Shown here in pieces: positions 1-13,246 of a stretch of 64,000 nt of DNA; within the stretch, counting starts at the first letter, position 1, and every line of letters starts with the position of its first letter. A program made the position numbers and the translations under genes. The notes beneath the pieces were generated by a model, which ran no database searches, was not told the origin of the DNA, and saw only the letters and a list, made by a program, of their open reading frames with translations. Origin of the DNA: Bigelowiella natans CCMP2755 (taxonomy: Eukaryota; Protista; Cercozoa); contig ADNK01001273.1 in assembly GCA_000320545.1 (NCBI GenBank), positions 1-64,000 on the forward strand, in the 5' to 3' direction.

Positions 1-498
1 TCCCCCCCCCCCCCCTCGGATCTTCCCCCAGTTCCAGGTAATAACAGTGGCGGAGGATGTCAAATAAAGAGTAGCACCTTCTTGGCAGATGTATGCTTGT
101 AGAACTTTACGAAAGCTGTACCTCTGGACCTTCCCTGATGACGAGTGATCATCAGATTTATTGTTGTCGTCGTAGATTTGGTGCTCCCCATTTCCGCACG
201 TGGGCACACATACGAAGAAATAGGAGGAGGTGGGGGGGGAACGAAGAGTTCTCTCCTAGATCGGAGAGGAGGGAGAGAATCAACGAATACACGGATCATC
301 ATCATCATCATCATCCTCATCATCATCATCACTCTCTCATCCTCTCCTCCACCCACCCACAAACCCACCAAATTCTTATCGAAGACAACACGTGCGTATG
401 CCACCGGGCCGAACCTACTCATTCATTCATTCATTCACTCATTCGTTGAATTATCCACATGGCTGTATGCTCGAAAATTATTCTCGGTGACATATATA

Positions 499-534
<36 letters not shown>

Positions 535-3500
535 ATTCGTATGGCCCCAGCGGCATCTCTCCAAACCACTGCTTACGATGTTATTCGGCTTGTTCAAATA
601 AGTGTAGTGTCGCAGCTGCACTGTCGGCCATAATGACCGACAACAGCAATAGATGTGATGGTGAGCCGCGTACTTCTTAAACACCGCGAAGAGCCCATCG
701 TCCCTCGTCTAAAAAGGATTATTGACGTCAAAAGGATACGTATTATGTGGTTATTACCCCGCGACGGGGGAATGGTGCTTCCTCCTTTCTCTCGCTAAAT
801 TCATTTTGTGTGCATGTGCGTGACAATGTGCTGTGTGAATCACAAACAGAACGAACTTGTCGTCTGCACATTTTGGAAGTTTGCTAGCTTTAAAGCCTCA
901 GAAATTTCTGCCTAAAAACACGCACCTCGAACGGTAGATTCCGCACAAAAACGACGGTGTTTTGCTCATCAGCTTGTTGTTTCTTTGAGGCAGAATTCTT
1001 TCCTTTCGTACCTTCTTCTTTCGCATCTTCTTCATCCTCATCATCCTCATCATCGTCGTCATCGTCGTCATCGTCGTCATCATCGTCATCATCGTCATCG
1101 TCATCTTCTTCATCCATCTCATCGTCGTCTTCTGCGCTATCATCGTCGTCGTCGTCGTGGTCTTCATCCATTTTCTCTTTCTCAGTCGTTTCAATACTCT
1201 ACAAATGGAGATACTAGCGTGTGTGAGTCTGTGTGTGTTTGTGTGTGTGTATTATGTTTTTATGGTGTGTGTGGGGGAGGGAGCAGAGAAAGAAGGGCAT
1301 CATCGACTTGCTTGAGGTGCTCAAAATGAGCCTTGGACAAAGCCCAGTCCACAGCGACAGGCCTAATCATTGTCATCGTCGTCGTGTCATTTGCGAGAGC
1401 GTACATACGTCCGCGGAGATCATCATCAGCAGCAGCAGCATTCATTGTTGTCCCCATCATCATCGTCATCATCATCATCATCATCATCATCAAAATACTG
1501 CTTGCAATCTCTCCTGATTTATCCGGAGATCATGGTCATCCCACTTGCATATACCATCCTTCTACAGGCAGAGAATCAAGGAGTGTGGCATTACCTATCG
1601 ACAACTTTGCGGCCATTGAGCATGCTGATGGCCTTGTACGCTCCTGAGAGCTTTTCAAAGTGCACGAACCCAAAGCCCGACTTCTTCCCGTCCTGGGGGG
1701 GGGGAGAGAGAAAGAGGGGGAGGCAACGAAGGAATGGGGAAGAAGAACATGGAACGTTGAAGTTGGAGATGCTACTGATAATCGATGACAATCGATCGTA
1801 ATTATCATCGTAATTATCATCACCATCATATCATCATGCCAAAGGATAGAAAAGTCATCATTTTAGGTAAATTTACAGCGATATCTGTTGCATTGCTATT
1901 CACTCATATGATTCGCTGATTGCCTTGTTGCTGCTATATTTTCCCTCTCCTCCTCCTCCTCCTACTAATTACTACTACTACTACTACTATACTACTACTA
2001 CTACTACTAGTAGTAGTAGTAGTAGTAGTAGTACAACGCATACGACCTTACGCTTCGGAATGGTGATAGATAATAGCTTTCCTGCTTGCGAGAATCGACG
2101 CCGTAGCACGTTTTCCGTAGCTCTATTATCATTACGAAGTCAAAGATTATGGCGAGGTAAATGCCATGGGTGATGATGATGGGATGGTTTGATGATTTGA
2201 TGGCAGTGTGGTATTATGATGATCATGATGATGACGACGATGGGGACTCAGCCTAGCCTAGCTACCAAAATGGATATATATATGCCCCTATATCGCAGCA
2301 TCCCACATTCAATGCCACACACACGATACATAATGCTTTATCATGTTTCTCAGTAGAACTACACTCATTCACTCACTCATCATCATCACTTATCGTCACC
2401 GTCTCCCCCCCCCCCCCAATTCCCAGTTGATGTTCCTGGTACCTCCAGGAGAGATTACGCACGATGAGCCGATTAGCTTGCTCGGTGAGGAAGCGACATC
2501 GAATCGCTGTTGTATCGTCTCCTTCGCCCTTCATAACATGTAGAGGAAGATAGAACAACGGTATGATGAGAGACCACATTGGATAAACACGATCAGCGAT
2601 TAACTATCATCATCATCAACCTCGTCATCATCGACTTCATCGCTCTCATCATCACCAATATTTCTTATCTTCATTTATTGAGCAAAACGGTAGGCAATAG
2701 TAAACAGTACTGGCGCGCATTTCAAGAACCTCATAATATTGAATCGAATCTTGTAATTTTTTTGGTATTCATCCAACACGAGGTATTTCGTCGCGCTCTC
2801 TCTTTCCGCCCCCCCTTCTCTCTCCCTCTCTCGCGATGCAATAAATAGGCAACAATATCAACGACGATGATATTATCGCGATCGATCACGTTTTGAAGCC
2901 TACCTTCAAAATCGTATCCTTAGCTATCGAGGCCGTCTCTGGTGTGACGAAGAAGAGGGGGGGAGAGGGGGAGAGGGGGGGGGAGAGTGTCCAATGAGTG
3001 TGGACAATACATATCGTCAGCACGCAAATTTTAACCTTCAGATTCGAATTCGATGCGGGCTGAAAGTCCCGATTTTCCCGGTAGGGATTCTGGCCCAGGG
3101 CATATCAGCTGTTGCGATTGAAGAGGGGGGGGGGACGCATTGTTAGCTCGAGGTGCCACACAACACCACCACCATCATCATCATCATCATCATCATCCAT
3201 TCTCTGGAAGTCTGTATTCGATCCGCAACGATTTCAGCATCATCATCTATCATGAGCATTATCATCTCGAAAAATATGTCGTCCTCCTCCTCCTCCTCCT
3301 CCTCATCATCATCATCATCATCATCATCTCACAACCAACCGTCTGGATGGAGTTGATATCCACACCGAGCCCTTTGAGCAAGTTCCTAAGCATCTTTGCA
3401 AGGTCTTTTTCCTTTGATCTCTTTTTCTTCTTCTTCTTCTTTTTCTTCTTCTTTGCACTCTCCTTGTCGTCACTGTCGTCGTCGTTGTCGTCGGTCAGCG

Positions 3501-3946
3501 CCAGTCCCTCCAGGATGAGGACGGGAGTCGGTTTCTCATTGCTACTGCTGCTATTATTATCTTTCTGTTTACTACTTAAACTATTCCTTGCTCGCTTATT
3601 GGGCTGTTTCTTGCTATTTCGGCCACCGATACTATCGTCATCGTCACCGTCATCGTCTGCAAGAAGTTAAAAAGTGAGAGAGGGGGGAAGGAAAGAGAAT
3701 TCAGAGTTTCGTTTTTAGAAGAAGGGATCATCGATTCGTATTGATTTTTGTAGTTACTGCTGCTTTGAATTAAGTTTCATAGGTTAGGAGCTCTCACCAT
3801 CATCATCGTCATCATCGTCGTCATCGTCATCGTCGTCATCATCATCATCGTCATCGTCACTATCGTCGTCGTCGTCGTCGTCGTCGTCATCCCCTTCCTC
3901 ACTGTCGCTGGCATGGCTTTGACCTCCGACCTTAGCTTGAATGTCG

Positions 3947-3987
<41 letters not shown>

Positions 3988-4286
3988 GTCGTCATCATCA
4001 TCATCGTCATCATCGTCTTCGTCATCGTCGTCATCATCGTCGTCCTCGTCGTCTTCTGCCATCCGTTTCACCGCCTCTTCTTTTTTTGTGGATTGCGTGG
4101 AATTCTTCGTCTTCTTCTTTGCAGGCTGATGCGTTATTCTCCCGTCGTTTCCGGAAGGTTTTGTAACTTGCTGCTTAGACGCTGTCGCCGCTGACTTCTG
4201 CTGCTTCTTTTTCTTTTCGTCCTTACTATTCTTCTTCCTCTGGGCCGAAGAGGAATCTGGTGGCAGGAGCATTCAAAAAAGAAATT

Positions 4287-4334
<48 letters not shown>

Positions 4335-4607
4335 ATATCAACAGAGTCTTCTTGTTGGAAACAGGTTCTGATATCCAATGGATATGGAGGAGGGAGTGGG
4401 GGCAATGCAGCTAATTACAGTAACAGTTCTATCGATATAAGTCATGAGGAAACCTATTTTATGCTAGATGTCAAATTGTTAATTATGCTTTGCAAAGATG
4501 ACTAAGGCTGTGATGATGGCAGCGACGAAGGTTACCTCTATCAGCAGCGAGCTTCACCTGAACCTTCCGACCCATGATTTCCTAAGATTCAACGTGCGAT
4601 ATGACTC

Positions 4608-4659
<52 letters not shown>

Positions 4660-5671
4660 TGTGTTTCAGGGAGAAACATTTCGTCAATGTCATCTACTTA
4701 CGAACAAAAAATAATCCTATTTATGGCTGTCCAATTTTCCTTCCATCCCTCGAATCTCAAGAGCAGCAGTAGCAGCATACGAGCCCAACACACTCACAAA
4801 TATGAGAAACTATCACGTGTTACCACCTTCCCATTCATCTCCACGGCAGCTGCCTGCGCGTCTGCCTCTAGCGCGTATACGACATAGCCAAACCCACGAG
4901 ATTTACCCTGATTGAATTTGTGGCGTTTGTTGTCAAAAAGAAGGTATAGAGATGTGGGATAGGGACAGGGACAACGAATCTGTCGTAGTTGCTGTTCTCT
5001 TCTTTTTCTTCACTCTCTGGTGTTAATGATTTCCGAGTGCTTGCAAGAAGCTACAAGTTAGCAATGCTGCGCATCAAGCTTACCTGCTTGTCGTGTACAA
5101 CGTAGGCGGTCTTTACAGGGCCGACTAGGGTACGACAACAAAAACAGAGTTGATGATAATATGATGGTGATGATAATGATGATGATATTGATGGTGATGA
5201 TAACATGTTGTTTATTATTCTGGATGGAACCAAAGGTCAAGGATTTGTAATTTTGTCGATTCTTCCAGTAATGAATGAATTATCTGCGCAGCTTTCCTCA
5301 TCATGTGTTTATTATGTCAGGGAAAAGAGGAAGAAGGGAAAGTGATCCATTACCCTCTTCAAATGCATGTAGTAGATCAAGGTGCGTGGAGTCGTATGAG
5401 AGGCTGCGGACTGAGCAAAATGAGAGAACGGTGGTAGAGAATGAGGAGGAGGAAAATAAACGCTTAAGAATGCTATATTGGTGCAGTTTTGTGATCGGAA
5501 GAACACACGAACACGCACGCACACGTAATTCGATATGTTTGATGCTTCTTTCGAGTTTTAATCACCAAAGAGCGTGCATCCTGGTGTGGGTTTGAGTCCC
5601 CTGCCACCAGTCTTTCTAGCAGGGCTCTTAGAGGCAGGCTTCCTCTCCGCTGCTCGTTCGTATAAGCTCAT
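1..5671 (-). CDS. RBM28: Multi-RRM nucleolar RNA-binding protein, RBM28/Nop4-like (multi-exon; 3' end runs off the window)
   Basis: ATG at 5671 (MSLYERAAERKP...GCTLF). Exons give RRM1 (VRSLSYDST...VGPVKTAYVVHDKQ-GKSRGFGYVVY), long poly-Asp tracts, RRM2 (RLIVRNLSW...KKSGFGFVHFEKLSGAYKAISMLNG...AVDWALSKAHF) and RRM3 (VFVRNLPF...GRSRGTAFVKF). This matches the RBM28/Nop4 layout. Confidence 0.85.
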
Positions 5672-6459
5672 TTGAGATTTTACGATACTCTCACGAACTG
5701 TAAAAACAAATGAGATTTTACGATGCTCTCACCAACTGTAAAAAATGCGACACAGCAAGAGGGTGTGGGCGTCAACCAATAGAATGTAGCGGACAAAGAA
5801 AGGCTAATCATTGGGCCTATCTCTCCCACCAATGTATCGTGTCCTACAGGCCACGATAGAACGCCTGTGTTCTTCTTCTAGGCTACCAAACTTTTTCGAG
5901 ATCTATCATTGCACGCACATCGAATTATTACGTCTCAACAGTTGCCCTTGGAACGAACTTTCGCCTTTGTGGCACTTATCAATGGAGAGTATGTACGATG
6001 CTGCTGATTTTCTGTAAGCAAAAAACAGGCACTACGCCCTTAGAGACGGGGAACGGGTGGGGGGTCGTTCGTCGTCGCAAGGATTGATGATTTCTATGGG
6101 AGACATCGGCGAATTCAGCGCCCCTTAATAACGCCGAAACGGTACGAAACGCTTGGGAATTTACGGATCAAATTGGAATAATTTGATTGTCGCAGATGTG
6201 TAATGCATCATGTCCGTCTATACTATTTAGCCTTTGGACGCTCAATTTCCACCTCCGGTCAAAGTTCGCTCATAAATTTGTCCCATTGAGCCTCTCTTGT
6301 GAAGGAGTCTTTCGATTTCCTGTGGCAAAAATAGTGAAGTTGATATTACGGAATAATATCGTTAAAAAATGTTCTAATTTACTTGCACCTAACAAGTTAT
6401 ACCTCGAAGGAAACAGTACCCTACTCGACCTGAGCGTGCAGCCGGGGGGGGATTAGAAA
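5672..6459. promoter_or_regulatory. Probable bidirectional promoter between the divergent RBM28-like and methyltransferase genes
   Basis: Head-to-head start codons about 790 bp apart; three CCAAT/ATTGG boxes clustered at about 5776-5833. Confidence 0.45.
5673..5745. repeat. Tandem duplication, period 38 bp, directly upstream of the RBM28 start codon
   Basis: tgagattttacgatactctcacgaactgtaaaaa (5673) and tgagattttacgatgctctcaccaactgtaaaaa (5711), two mismatches. Confidence 0.85.
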
Positions 6460-7164
6460 ATGATTTCAGCCTTTTCCCTCGCCATTTTCAGCGTGTGGTT
6501 TTCTTTTTTCCTCGTGGGGTCGCATCCACGTGGAGGGGGGGGGGCAATCTCGAATCACCGTCATTATACGAAGGCGTTTGCAGACCTTGGGAGAAGAAAT
6601 GCAGCTGGAGCTCGCTTCTGGACAACTTTTAACGCCGAACAGGGGGTGAGCAGAAGACGAGAAGCTGCTAGGTTGCTTTCTTGTAATGGTCGTCAAAGAA
6701 AAACAACAATCCTGAAGAAGCAGGAGAATGCTAGCTCCAACGACGACACCATTGACGGCCAGCCAAATCAGCCTGGAGCTTTGAAGAGCACTTCCAAGCG
6801 AATTGCCATGCACCTGAATGGAAGAGGGGAAAGCAAGATTAGGAAAGGATATCCTTGGGTGTTCCGAGACGATATTGCAAAGCAGGTCACCCTCTTATGT
6901 TAAGTGACACGATGATAGATCAGAGATCCCAATTTCGCAACAAACTTCCTTGAACAGAACCGGGATGGCTCTCCAGGTGACGTAGTCGTGATATTTGACC
7001 GGAACGACAAATTCTTGGCGGTAATAAAAATAAAATATATATTCTCTTTGTGTTTTATGTCTCAGCTGCATTGTCTTGATTATATTGCCGTTTTGCACTC
7101 TGACGGTGTCTTCCTAAACAGCTCGGCTTGTTCTGTGAAGGGACAGGAATTATCGTCAGGTTAT

Positions 7165-7211
<47 letters not shown>

Positions 7212-7229
7212 AACGGAAGTATACACACC

Positions 7230-7260
<31 letters not shown>

Positions 7261-7772
7261 TATTTTGAGAATGTTTCAAATATTCGGAGCGTTATGTTTT
7301 TCATTTTTTGATTTTTTAACACAACTACAGGATTCTATCGCTGGAAAAAGCCCCAGTAAATGGGCAATGGCTCGCAGATAGAGCCGTGGAAGCTGCGATG
7401 AAGAGAATCAAATACTTCAAGGATCCTAGCGTGACAAATGCGTAAGCTGCACACCACCCGAACAATGTCAAGTATTGTAATAATAAATGTTTTTCTGCTT
7501 GCAGCTACAGAGTTATCAACGGAGAGAACGACGGAATGGGCGGTCTTGTGTGCGATCGATACAACAGCACCATTGTCTTCAAACTTTATACGGGAGCATG
7601 GCTTCCCTATCTCGATGGTGTTATTGAAAACCACCAACGATACTAGCATCGCTAGGAATTCTTGCCATATAAACTAGCGCTTCTCCTCTGATTTTCGTGT
7701 TTCACTCTTCAGACCCTCATGCACAATTTGCCTTTATACGTGCTAACGAGACTACTATTACTACTACCACTA

Positions 7773-7804
<32 letters not shown>

Positions 7805-9892
7805 ACTTCTACTGCTTCTCCTCCTACTGTTACTGCACATGTCATCGTAGGGATTGTGGACGAGCTCATGCGAGCTATGCCGGAAACCGATCACGCTGTG
7901 CTTCTCTTCTCACGGTTGCAGTCTTTTAAGCGTCTATAATCACTGATGTCATGGGAACGAGGAAGCGCTCTAACCTGGCGAGTATCTAGTTTAAATGACC
8001 ATTTTGTTGTTCATGTGTGTATCACAGAAGCGTGCAAAATCTCGATGAAGATACGCGGATGGGAATGAAGCACAGCCAGACCCTCAGAGGACGCTTCGCA
8101 ATAGAAGGTCGTATCTCTTTACTGTTGTCATGACTGTCGCTATCGCCATGATCTCCGTTTCCGTTATCACTTTCATCATCTTACTGCTACTATTACTACT
8201 TTCACGTTCCTCACCTTTGGTGAAAGTCGAAACCGCCTTCATCTTATCGTCGTCTCAGTAGTTACATGTGTTCGCCAGGCTCCGAGAATGGATCTTTGTC
8301 GTCCAAAATCCGATTTGTAGAGAACAGCATAAGGTTCCAGTGCGACCCTTACAAAGGCCAGAAAACTGGTAAAGGGGCGACTCTTTTTGGTCCACGTTGT
8401 TTTACAACACTGTCGTCTTAATAACAATCCTTCGAGTCATCTCCACTCGCATGGTTCTAATCCTAATAATTTAGGATTCTTCCTTGATCAACGTGAAAAT
8501 AGAGAACGGCTGCAGGTAGGCTATTTAGCGTTGTACGCCTTCTATCATCCTACTCTACCAATCTCAATTCTCGATTTCGTACCAACGTTTCAAACTGTGG
8601 TCATGGTGTTGTGCGAATAACATTATCTTAAGTTGCATGAAAACTTACTCATCATACGCGTAGCCTGAGCTGAGGGCGCAAAATGAATTGATCAATCACT
8701 CATTGCCGAACATTGATACGATGATTAAGCGGCTGTGCCACGGAAAAAGCGTGCTAAATGTCTTTGCGTACACTGGGGCTTTTTCCCTTTATGCCGCAAG
8801 GGGGGGAGCGGATGAGGTCGTTATTTTTCAGTTACAAACAGATGCACTTTTAAATATTGGGACAACAGCCCGTGTAGCATGCGTGTCCCTTATAAGTGGA
8901 CGGATTGATAAACAACGTATTTCAAGCATATCATCTACTCCCTTTTCCTTCTCTCAATTTGCTCCCCCCCCCCTCTACTCACACAGGTCGTCTCAGTGGA
9001 CATTTGCAAGAAAGCGCTTGACGAGGCAGCCAATAACTTTGAACTCAACCCACCACTTCAGCAAGTTCATGAGGTACTTATTTGATGTAACCATTGAGGT
9101 GAGTGCGAGGCCAAAGAAGATGGAAAAGAGGAAAAAGGAAGCAATAGTTCAATATCAAGGGAAGTCTCCAAAAGCTGTAGGGGCCTGCTTTCACGTCTTT
9201 GAATAATTATCATCAGATGGTGTGCGGAGACGCGTTTGAGGAGATGAAACAGATGATTCGCGAAAATCGCAAGTAGATGCTCAATAACGAAGGACAAAAT
9301 CGAAATTCTTTCCATCCTTAAGTATACGTCTTATTCCCATCAGATTTGATGTCGTCATCGTTGATCCACCATCCATGGCCAGCAGTAAGCAACATGTAGG
9401 ACGAATCCTCTAGCTAAAGCCAAATGAATGCAACGTCTTTGAAGCCAATTCGCTAAAGCTGAGTGCTAATATAAATAGGTTAATAAAGCTACTCGCGCAT
9501 ATGAAAGACTCGCATCCATGGCTCTGGTACGGAACCCGTATTCCTTCAAGTGAAATTTTGATTTCATGTAACAATCAATCCCCTCCACCCTTTTGCTCTT
9601 ATTCTTCGAAGAAACTCCTCAAACAAGAGGGCTGGCTAGTCTTTGCCTCCTGCTCCAACAAAATCAATCCTGCCCTCTTTTTCAAAACGATTGAACAATC
9701 CGCTCTCAAGGTATGTGCATGCTATATACTTAAGGGTTTCGAGCCATATCATTTAGGATATAATTACACCTGTTCATCCAGGAAAAAAGGCCCCTTCGTA
9801 TAGTGGAGAGGACGGGGCATGCTATCGATCATCCAGTAAGTTTTGACGATGGCCAGTATTTGAAATGCTTATTTGCTCAAGCTCGCACTTAA
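6460..9892 (+). CDS. RlmI-like PUA-domain SAM-dependent rRNA methyltransferase with bipartite N-terminal targeting leader (multi-exon)
   Basis: IRKGYPWVFRDDI (PUA), GFFLDQRENR, VLNVFAYTGAFSLYAARGGA, FDVVIVDPPSMA, LVFASCS, GHAIDHPV...YLK*. The hydrophobic N-terminus MISAFSLAIFSVWFSFFLVG is followed by an Arg-rich stretch. Confidence 0.85.
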
Positions 9893-11224
9893 GCGAGTTG
9901 TAGAATATCGTAATATAGACAATGAAAGTACATATATTTATTGCTAATTATTGCTAACTGTCTTTACATGATTGTCGTCGGTTTAAAGAAATAATGAATG
10001 AATTGTAATCGCAATGTCACTTAGTAGCACTTTTATTACATCCTTGAAGCAGTGGATTTCTTATTTAAGCTCATCTATCAACCTGTATTCCATCGATTGT
10101 ATCAATGGCATAGTGAACGTGCACGCACCACACACATTGCTTCATATATATAAGTTGCATTGCATATGCGCTATAGTCTAAACGCAGGCTAGCAGGTGCC
10201 TTACATCGTGATATGCTGCCGGCATGTATTATGCCAACCATAATCATATTGTGGCGTGTGTGTATACAATCGCCGCTTACCGTCATCGGTACAATTGCTT
10301 GCCTGAAATATAACTAGTTATAGCTGTGCTATAATAGTATATGCATGCTATGCTGTGTGGAAAACAGCCACCGCCCATGCATGGCATCAGCAGTAGATGA
10401 CGCACGCACAGCCTATCTAGCTATATCGATATATATCATGTTGCTACACTTGATGCACATGTTTTTTGCATGCAACAAAGAGGTACGCACAAAAGGACAT
10501 TGAAAAGGTATATAGGTAGCATGTCAGCTAGAGTGCTCGAAGGAAGGCATCCAAAAGGTGGAAACTGCGACGAAACAAGACGTATCCTTACGTACTGCGC
10601 GTGCTCATCGTAATTATTACATAACAGATTTGAATTCGGTAGCTATTCACACATTTTTTTGCAAAAGTTGGTACATACAAGCTTAGCGCTGGAGCAGTGA
10701 TTCTGAGTAGATACAAAAGAGCAACGATTGGCGCAATGTCAATGGTCATCAAAGCTTGTCACATATTTAGATACTGGGTTTGAGTAATTCATGTAAAATG
10801 AGTCTCAATTTTACTAATGAATTGCGGAGAATCCTTTACGTTTCCCAGTTGTAGATCTTGCCGTGCAAGTTCCTTCTCAAAATTGTAGTGCATCTCTTCT
10901 TTGATTTTAATCCGAGAAGTTCATTCTCTTTTTTCATTCTCTAGATAGCTAGTTCATTTGTATTTTTTTCACCCCTGATTCCTTATGTCTGTACTGTTTA
11001 AGGTGCTATCGAATAATATCATAAAAGAAATCTTTTACAACTGTTCTAGTCATCTCATCATCTTATACACGTGATGAGACTTGCACTTGTAGCAGAAGTG
11101 ACAGCTATTTACGACCCTCCCTGAACTCATCTGTTCTCATTTTCTATTTTTTGTAAATCATATTCATTTTTTTCTTGAATGTAAGTGGGATTCCTTTCTC
11201 TCTTCTATCTAAATGCTTGGTGTT

Positions 11225-11797
11225 TTATTTGATATTTTCTGTATCAAACAGAGGGTTCTCATTAGAATGGTGCGGTTTGTCGGAGAAAGAATTTCTTGAT
11301 TTGACGATTCGCGATGAAGCTGGTGTAGCAGGTTTTCCAGATGCTACATCCACAACTGTCATTGCAGGGACACGTGACTCATGTGAAGATGATGGCTCAT
11401 GAATAGATGAAGGAGTTGATACTGGGGGAGAGCATTTGAACTCATTGGTTGGATGCCTGGATCGCTTTTTTGCAACCGAGTATAGTGCCTTCCCGTGCCT
11501 GGGCTGTCCGACAGAAGCCCTCCTTCTCATAAATCCAATGCAATGTTCTTTGAAACTTGCCAAATGTCTCTTGCTTCTGACCTTTTTTTTCAATACACGT
11601 CCATCGGGCCCAACAAGGGCCCGAAAGATCTTTTTCTTTTTCAACGTCTTGTAGTGTAAGCTGGCTTCCTCAAGACTCTTAAACTTTCTTATGCTGTACT
11701 CGTCCTTCGGATTTCCCGTTGCGATAGTAATGAAATGACCAGTTGCGGGAAAAAAATTTCCGCTGTTTGAAGCCTTCCTGCTGTTGGAGGTGCCCAT
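11225..11797 (-). CDS. Hypothetical basic protein with N-myristoylation-type start (MGTSNS)
   Basis: 190-aa non-repetitive ORF with an MGxxxS motif, divergent from the SulP gene; no family recognised and 3' end uncertain. Confidence 0.45.
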   Translation of the reverse strand: MGTSNSRKASNSGNFFPATGHFITIATGNPKDEYSIRKFKSLEEASLHYKTLKKKKIFRALVGPDGRVLKKKVRSKRHLASFKEHCIGFMRRRASVGQPRHGKALYSVAKKRSRHPTNEFKCSPPVSTPSSIHEPSSSHESRVPAMTVVDVASGKPATPASSRIVKSRNSFSDKPHHSNENPLFDTENIK

Positions 11798-12403
11798 GAT
11801 TTCGAGTAGGAACGCTTCAGTTCTGCTTCGACGGCTCTCTATCTTCTGGTAGCTGAGGCAGCAGGAAATGTGTGGATCTCAACAAATGAATGGGGATTTT
11901 CCCTAGCGACAGCCATATTTAGCATAAAATTACGCCTTTAGGCCATAACTTCGTAAAAGGAAGTGATGAAGTCTCGCGAAATTTCTCGCTCCTAGGACTT
12001 TGCAAGAAAATCATCTTTGAAACCCCCAAAAATACCCCCATTTCTTCAAAAAATTTCGAAAACGCACACGGAATTTCCAATTTCCAACAGCTGGCTACCA
12101 CCGGTGCAATTTTCGAAAAGAAGGAAAACGCACGTTTCATTTCTCGTTTCCACTCTTTTTCTCCCACATCAAGCAAAACGAGATGATGCTCCTGGTCTTT
12201 TTACTGTTAAGGGCATTTTTTTTCAAATCGAGCAATTAATTTTTTTTTCATTGTTTTGGGGGCCGTTATTCGCGTACGTTTTCGGAGGGCTGTTTTGAGG
12301 TCGACACAAATCGCCCTCGGAATTAATCCCCGAATGGTCAATTTTCGCCCCCTCGGTTTTCAGAAATCCCGTCGGGATTCCGGGCCCTTTCGGTAAAAAT
12401 ACC

Positions 12404-13130
12404 ATGCCGAAAACCCCAGAATCGAAGATGAAGCACCACGTAGCAATCCGGAAAGAAATGTCGACGTTGTCGTACACGCAAAAAGCGTGACAGTTACCCT
12501 TGCTACCCTTTCTCTTTCCTTCTAAAGGGAGAACTTCCCACCCCAATAGAAACAGGCGCACGCTGTGCGGTTAACCCCCAACCACCCCCGCAAACTCCGT
12601 GATGCAGCACTTTGCAGAAGTACAACTCGCGGGAAAGAATGAGGCGAAGACGCCTCAACCGGAAGGCGAAGAGCGTGGAAGGAAGGGACTTCTCGGTAAC
12701 ATGAGTACCGTCGAGCGAAAGGGTTCTCATTCTGATATAGGTATCGAATATAGAAATCAATTTGTGTAAACATTTGCTTACTTTCAATGCTACGATGACA
12801 TAGGGCGCTTCTCAGAGAAAGATATCACGACTTACTGTCCTACTCTCAACGAAAATGATAGTAGAAAAATGGCTTCTCGTCTTCACAAGGTCTGCATCTA
12901 ATACGTCGTGGACGCACGGATGTATAATTTCGATCATTTCCGCAATTATTGCGGATGGAATACCCCGAGAGCCATGATTTGAGTGAGACCTTTCCAATAT
13001 TACTATGGATGCCAGGTCATTCGTCCCTTGGAATGGGAAGATTTGCGATACCCCTCATCAGATGAAATCTGGGACTATTCCAAGAAAAGAGTACGTAGCA
13101 TCCAAATATACTTAAATTTATGACATCATT

Positions 13131-13170
<40 letters not shown>

Positions 13171-13209
13171 TGTGCGTGTGTGTGTGTGTGTTTAATCCGG
13201 AATTAAATG

Positions 13210-13246
<37 letters not shown>

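Noticed and set aside
60-5600. Many plus-strand and alternative-frame ORFs rich in poly-His/Ile/Ser/Met
   Set aside because: They are translations of (ATC)n/(GTC)n microsatellites or the antisense of RBM28 poly-Asp exons.
5673-5745. CRISPR-like appearance of ~35-bp palindromic repeats
   Set aside because: Only two adjacent copies, no spacers, no cas genes, eukaryotic context.
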